Part shown: positions 59,691 to 64,000 of the stretch, one piece after another | How positions within the stretch are numbered: position 1 is the stretch's first letter | Layout of the letters: each line of letters starts with the position of its first letter | From: Zootoca vivipara | Taxonomy: Eukaryota | DNA length: 64,000 nucleotides | NCBI RefSeq assembly: GCF_963506605.1 | Contig: NC_083283.1 | Location: 52,700,001 to 52,764,000 of the forward strand | Direction of reading: 5' to 3' | Made by a program: the position numbers and the translations under genes | Notes under the pieces: generated by a model | What the model was told of the DNA's origin: nothing | Databases searched by the model: none | Seen by the model: the letters and a program-made list of their open reading frames with translations, nothing else

Positions 59691-61679
59691 CACAATATAT
59701 CTCAACACTAGATGGTTTAGAGTAGACTACAAAAAGATAGCTTCACCCCTTAATTAACCCTCTTTGCAAATCGCTAAGCGCTAAAATAGGTCTGCTAGAA
59801 GTCATGGTGATTACCCTTGGCACAGGTGTTTAGCAGCTGCTTAAGAAAAGCGCCATCATTAACGATAGGAAGGGAAGCCAGGAAAACTTCAGAACATAAA
59901 GATTTGTAATGCATTGGTTAACTTAGCTGAAAAGCAAGACTTAGTGATGATCCCCTACAGAATCCTGAAGCAACTTGGGGGTCCTGGTTAAGAAATAGAA
60001 AACATGACCGGAAATGCTCAACATAGGCTACTGGTAAATTGATAATGATTTTTCTTTTTCTTTTTAAGACCAGGGATTTAGGTGTGAATTCTACATGGGG
60101 ATATTTGAGAAATTTTGATATGAGTTGACTGACCTGATCCAGAAAATTGTTGCAGTTGGTGTGTTTGTTTGTGATAAGGAACAGAAATTAGTTTATTCAC
60201 ATCATTGTTCTTTTCAAGTTGGCAAACAATAAGTAATTAGTAATGGGGTTTCCCATATTGTTCTGATGTTTCTTTTACATTGAAAGTTTTATATGTTAAG
60301 TATATCATTAAGTAACTTACAGTATGTTAAATAGTGAGTGGTGAGACTACAGTTCCCAGGATTCCTTTGAGGGTGGGTTGTGCTTTCAATATTTCTTAAA
60401 TGTGTGCTATATACGCAGCCACAGAGAAATGGTTTGCTCTCTGTGATAAATCTATTGCTATGGCATTGAAGACTGCACTAGAAACTTAATGGAGGAGCAG
60501 GATCTGTTGTAGTGTTAATGCCGTGAGCCCTTCATCTAATGCTCAGCATGTATATATGTGTAAATAGTACTTCATATCACAGAAACTTTATATCATTCCA
60601 ATGTCTCATTGCTCAGAGATTGGAGTGTGTGCAGCAATCTTAACTTTGAATTTGATAGATACATGGGCAGATAACAGGAGGAACGGAATGCAGCAGCCAT
60701 CTAAGCTTTTGTGTCTTCCTCTTCTTGTATGAGTTAAACACCCATTTCTCGCATGCGAATGAGGCACAGAAGGAGCATGGGCACAATGCTTCCAAACAAA
60801 GTTGTGCTGCCACTCATGCTCTTCCTTCTGGAACATTCTTTCCACCCGCACATTCTGAATCAGATTTCTCTGGAGGATTCTTCTTGAAGCAAAATCAACA
60901 GCGTTATTCACAGTCCGTCTCTTTTGCAGAGATAATTATGCATCACGATGAGTTCCACAGCCATCTTTCCTTCATTTTTTCCCTTTTCTAAATTACTTGT
61001 TGAAAATGCCCCTTCTTCTGTGTGACTGGAAAGAACATGCCGCTGTGTTTCCTTTCTGCTGAAGAGCTAATAATGAGAAAATATTATGTCTGTCTTTGGC
61101 AACTAGAGCTCCCGAGAGAAATCTAAAGAGCCGTTTCCTCTAGCATCTCATTACATTGGGGAACCTTTATCATTTTTTAAACTTACTGTAAAGATTTTTT
61201 TCTTCCTCTGTGTAGTTTTGAGATGCTTGTTTCCAAACTCGACTTTTAAGAAAACAACAATTTGGTCCGTCTGACAGATACAGGGTATTGTCACCTTTCC
61301 ACTATTTAATGTGAAATTTGGAAGAACCCATCTTGTAAATGGATTTCACCTTGCCCCTGGGTGATGTTTGTCACAGACATTTATACTATTCACTCAAGTG
61401 AAAAAAGGTACACTATTTTTGTTAACACTTTAGAGCAGAATCCCAGGGTCACTGAGGAACCACCCGAGAGGTCATATGGTTTTGGAGATCTCCCTCTCCA
61501 CAGATAGAGACAGAGGTCTCTTTGCTGCAGCTGCAGAACTCTCCAAGGCTATCCCTCCTTCACTGTCTGCTCCCTCATAGTGGAAAATGCAAAAGAAAAA
61601 GAAAAAAGGAAGCATCCTAGGGACACCCTGGGCCAGACTTTGAATCCACTGGCTTTGGATTCACATGGGAAATGGGTAA

Positions 61680-61856
61680 GGTGTGCAGCTCAGTGGTAGA
61701 CTGTTAGGGTTTACCTGCAGAAGGTCCTAATATTTCCAGGTAGGGCTGAGGGTGACCCACTGTCTGGAGCCCTGGAGAACCACTTCTAGTAAGTACAGAC
61801 AATGTTGAGCTAGACAGACCAATGGTTTGATTCTGTATAAGGTAGGTTTCTATTTT
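61680..61856 (+). mobile_element. tRNA-headed SINE with CR1-type tail
   Basis: gcagctcagtggtaga head, gacaatgttgagctagacagaccaatgg tail. Confidence 0.7.
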
Positions 61857-62272
61857 CAAAGCCCTCTTATTGTCCTGATATGCCCTTGGCATGGGAAGAA
61901 AGGTACACCAGTTCTAGAACGGGAGACTGGTTTTACCTCCTATTGAGACCTATTGGAAAGAAAGTCTTAAAATAATAAGTCAAAGAAAAGAGAGGAAGAA
62001 CTGGCAACCCACACCTTCCACCCTGCCAGCACAAGCTTGGAAGGATTTTGGATATAATATAATAAACAATGCACAACAGGAAGGAGAGAAAGGGTTGGAG
62101 AGAGGTGGCAAATTCCTCTTATAAGGGGCAAGGAGTACTTAGCATCAGTAACAGCTCAAATGCACACCTCAAGCTCTTTTATATAAGGTAAACAAGACTC
62201 TCCCTCTAAAGTACAACATACTAGTATTTATTGGGAAGCATCATCATATCAATCTTAGCCACTTTCCAGATG

Positions 62273-62273
62273 A

Positions 62274-62318
<45 letters not shown>

Positions 62319-62650
62319 TAATTTATTATTTATACCCCGCCCATCTGGCTGGGTTTCCCAAGCCACTCGGGGGGGGGGGGCTTCCAACAGAAAAATAAAA
62401 CACAGTAATCTATTAAACATTAAAAGTCTCCCTGAACAGGGCTGCCTTCAGATGTCTTCTAAAAGTCTGGTAGTTGTTTTCCTCTTTGACATCTGTTAGG
62501 AGGGCGGGCACCACCACCGAGAAGGCCCTCTGCCTAGTTCCCTGTAACTTGGCTTCTCGCAACGAGGGAACCGCCAGAAGGCCCTCGGTGCTGGACCTCA
62601 GTGTCCGGGCAGAATGATGGAGGTGGAGACGCTCCTTCAGGTATACTGGA
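62273..62650 (-). mobile_element. Young L2-clade LINE 3' end with expanded (TAA)n tail
   Basis: ORF 62413-62650 is the same family as 50983. gatgaaa occurs on both flanks. Confidence 0.92.
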
Positions 62651-63702
62651 TGAAAATCATAACAACATTGTAAAATTGGGTGTCGGTGTTCTGCATCAGC
62701 CATCATTGTTCCAGTCATCTACCACAACCACAGAACAGTTGTTAAAGAGATAATTTGCATCAAATTTGTTGCTGTCGTTTGAATTGCTTATCTCCTTAAT
62801 CTGCAGCTACTATGGCTATTGTTCGTTTTAGAGGTGAATCATCATTGTCAGTGACTCTCTTCCTCTGACTTTTCTGTGTGAGCGGAATTTCAGCATCCCC
62901 CGCCACTGCTGTATGACAGAAAACTCAAACCTATCTTTTTGGAAAGCACAACTAAAATCAGTACCATAGAGCTGTCTCTCTCCCAGCCCACTCCAAGATA
63001 AACACTGTGGACTTTTTGCACAATGAAATGTGCTTCTGACTTAGTCCTTGTTTTCATTTTTGCTTAAAGGTGACAAAGGATGGTCTCTTAGGAGCTATAC
63101 TGAAGCAGATTCTCAACAAGCTTTTCTTTTCTTTCCCTTACATTGACAGGTTGTTTGGCAGCACGTCAGTCTTTATTGAAAACAGGACTCTGCCGTTTCA
63201 CATTTCTATTTTGTTCGCTTCCTGCAGCCAACAAAGCTGCTCCTGAACATCACTAGCTCAAAACTACCAGCAGAAAGTATATGTGCACCTCAAAGAATGT
63301 GTTAACTTTACCTACAGATATGGATGGAAGAAAATTGGATACAGTTCACATTCATAAGCAAACCAACCTAATTCACGGTTTCCAAAGCAGCATGTGAACC
63401 TAAAAAACAGCCATCCTTTGACATTCACACTTCTCTGACTTTTGCAATGTAATTCTACAGCCAAGTACAAAAATGCATTTACTGGGGCAAAGTGTCCCTT
63501 AAAATACATACATTAGTGAAAACATACAAAAAGTATTTTATGGAAAATTCCATTGCAAAATGTGCATAGGGGATTGGAAAACCAGAAACTGGGAAAAGCT
63601 GAAACTGGCAGATTTGTGCTTTCCGAAAGAGAAAGCTGTTGCTTTGTGTTCATCTAGTCACTAACATGGAAGCAAATGGCCACACTATATACCTCCTTTA
63701 TA

Positions 63703-64000
63703 CAGTGGTACCTTGGTTCTCAAACTTAATCTGTTCCGGAAGTGTGTTCCAAAACCAAAGCGTTCCAAAACCAAGGTGCGCTTTCCCATAGGAAGTAATA
63801 AAAAACAAATTAATCCATTCCAGACTTTTAAAAACAACCCCTTAAACAGCAATTTAACATGAATTTTACTTTCTAATGAGACCATTGATCCATAAAATGA
63901 AAGCAATAAACAATGTACTGCAGTCACGCAATCAATCTGTCAGTAGCCGAACTGGGTTCCACACAGTCACACACACAAAACGAACCGCAAAAACAAAAAA
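63703..64000. mobile_element. Tigger-like element running off the window end
   Basis: TA|cagtggtaccttgg left TIR. The right end is not in the window. Confidence 0.8.

Overview
Repeat-rich, AT-biased vertebrate DNA, almost certainly from a squamate and probably a lacertid lizard. This is inferred from Sauria-type SINEs, tRNA-headed SINEs with CR1-like tails, and lizard-type L2, CR1, L1, RTE and Penelope 3' ends. I cannot recognise any known protein-coding gene, so the window reads as intronic or intergenic. Most ORFs in the supplied track are chance ORFs or translations of transposon and microsatellite DNA. What the sequence supports well is a dense, partly nested set of mobile elements, many with readable target-site duplications (TSDs): hAT MITEs (8-bp TSD), Tc1/mariner-pogo MITEs (TA), and LINE/SINE 3' ends. 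The most interesting items are (i) a Penelope fragment carrying a minimal hammerhead-ribozyme motif (42.5 kb); (ii) a ~970-bp CpG-rich, TSD-less, promoter-like insertion that looks like a solo terminal repeat of a tyrosine-recombinase (DIRS/Ngaro-type) retroelement, with a possible relative at 50.1-50.4 kb; (iii) an L1-like insertion with a probable 3' transduction; (iv) a Sauria SINE with twin-priming-like inversion geometry; and (v) several low-confidence exon-like and enhancer-like unique segments. No CRISPR, rRNA, true tRNA or prokaryote-type system is evident. Family names come from recalled motifs, not from database searches.
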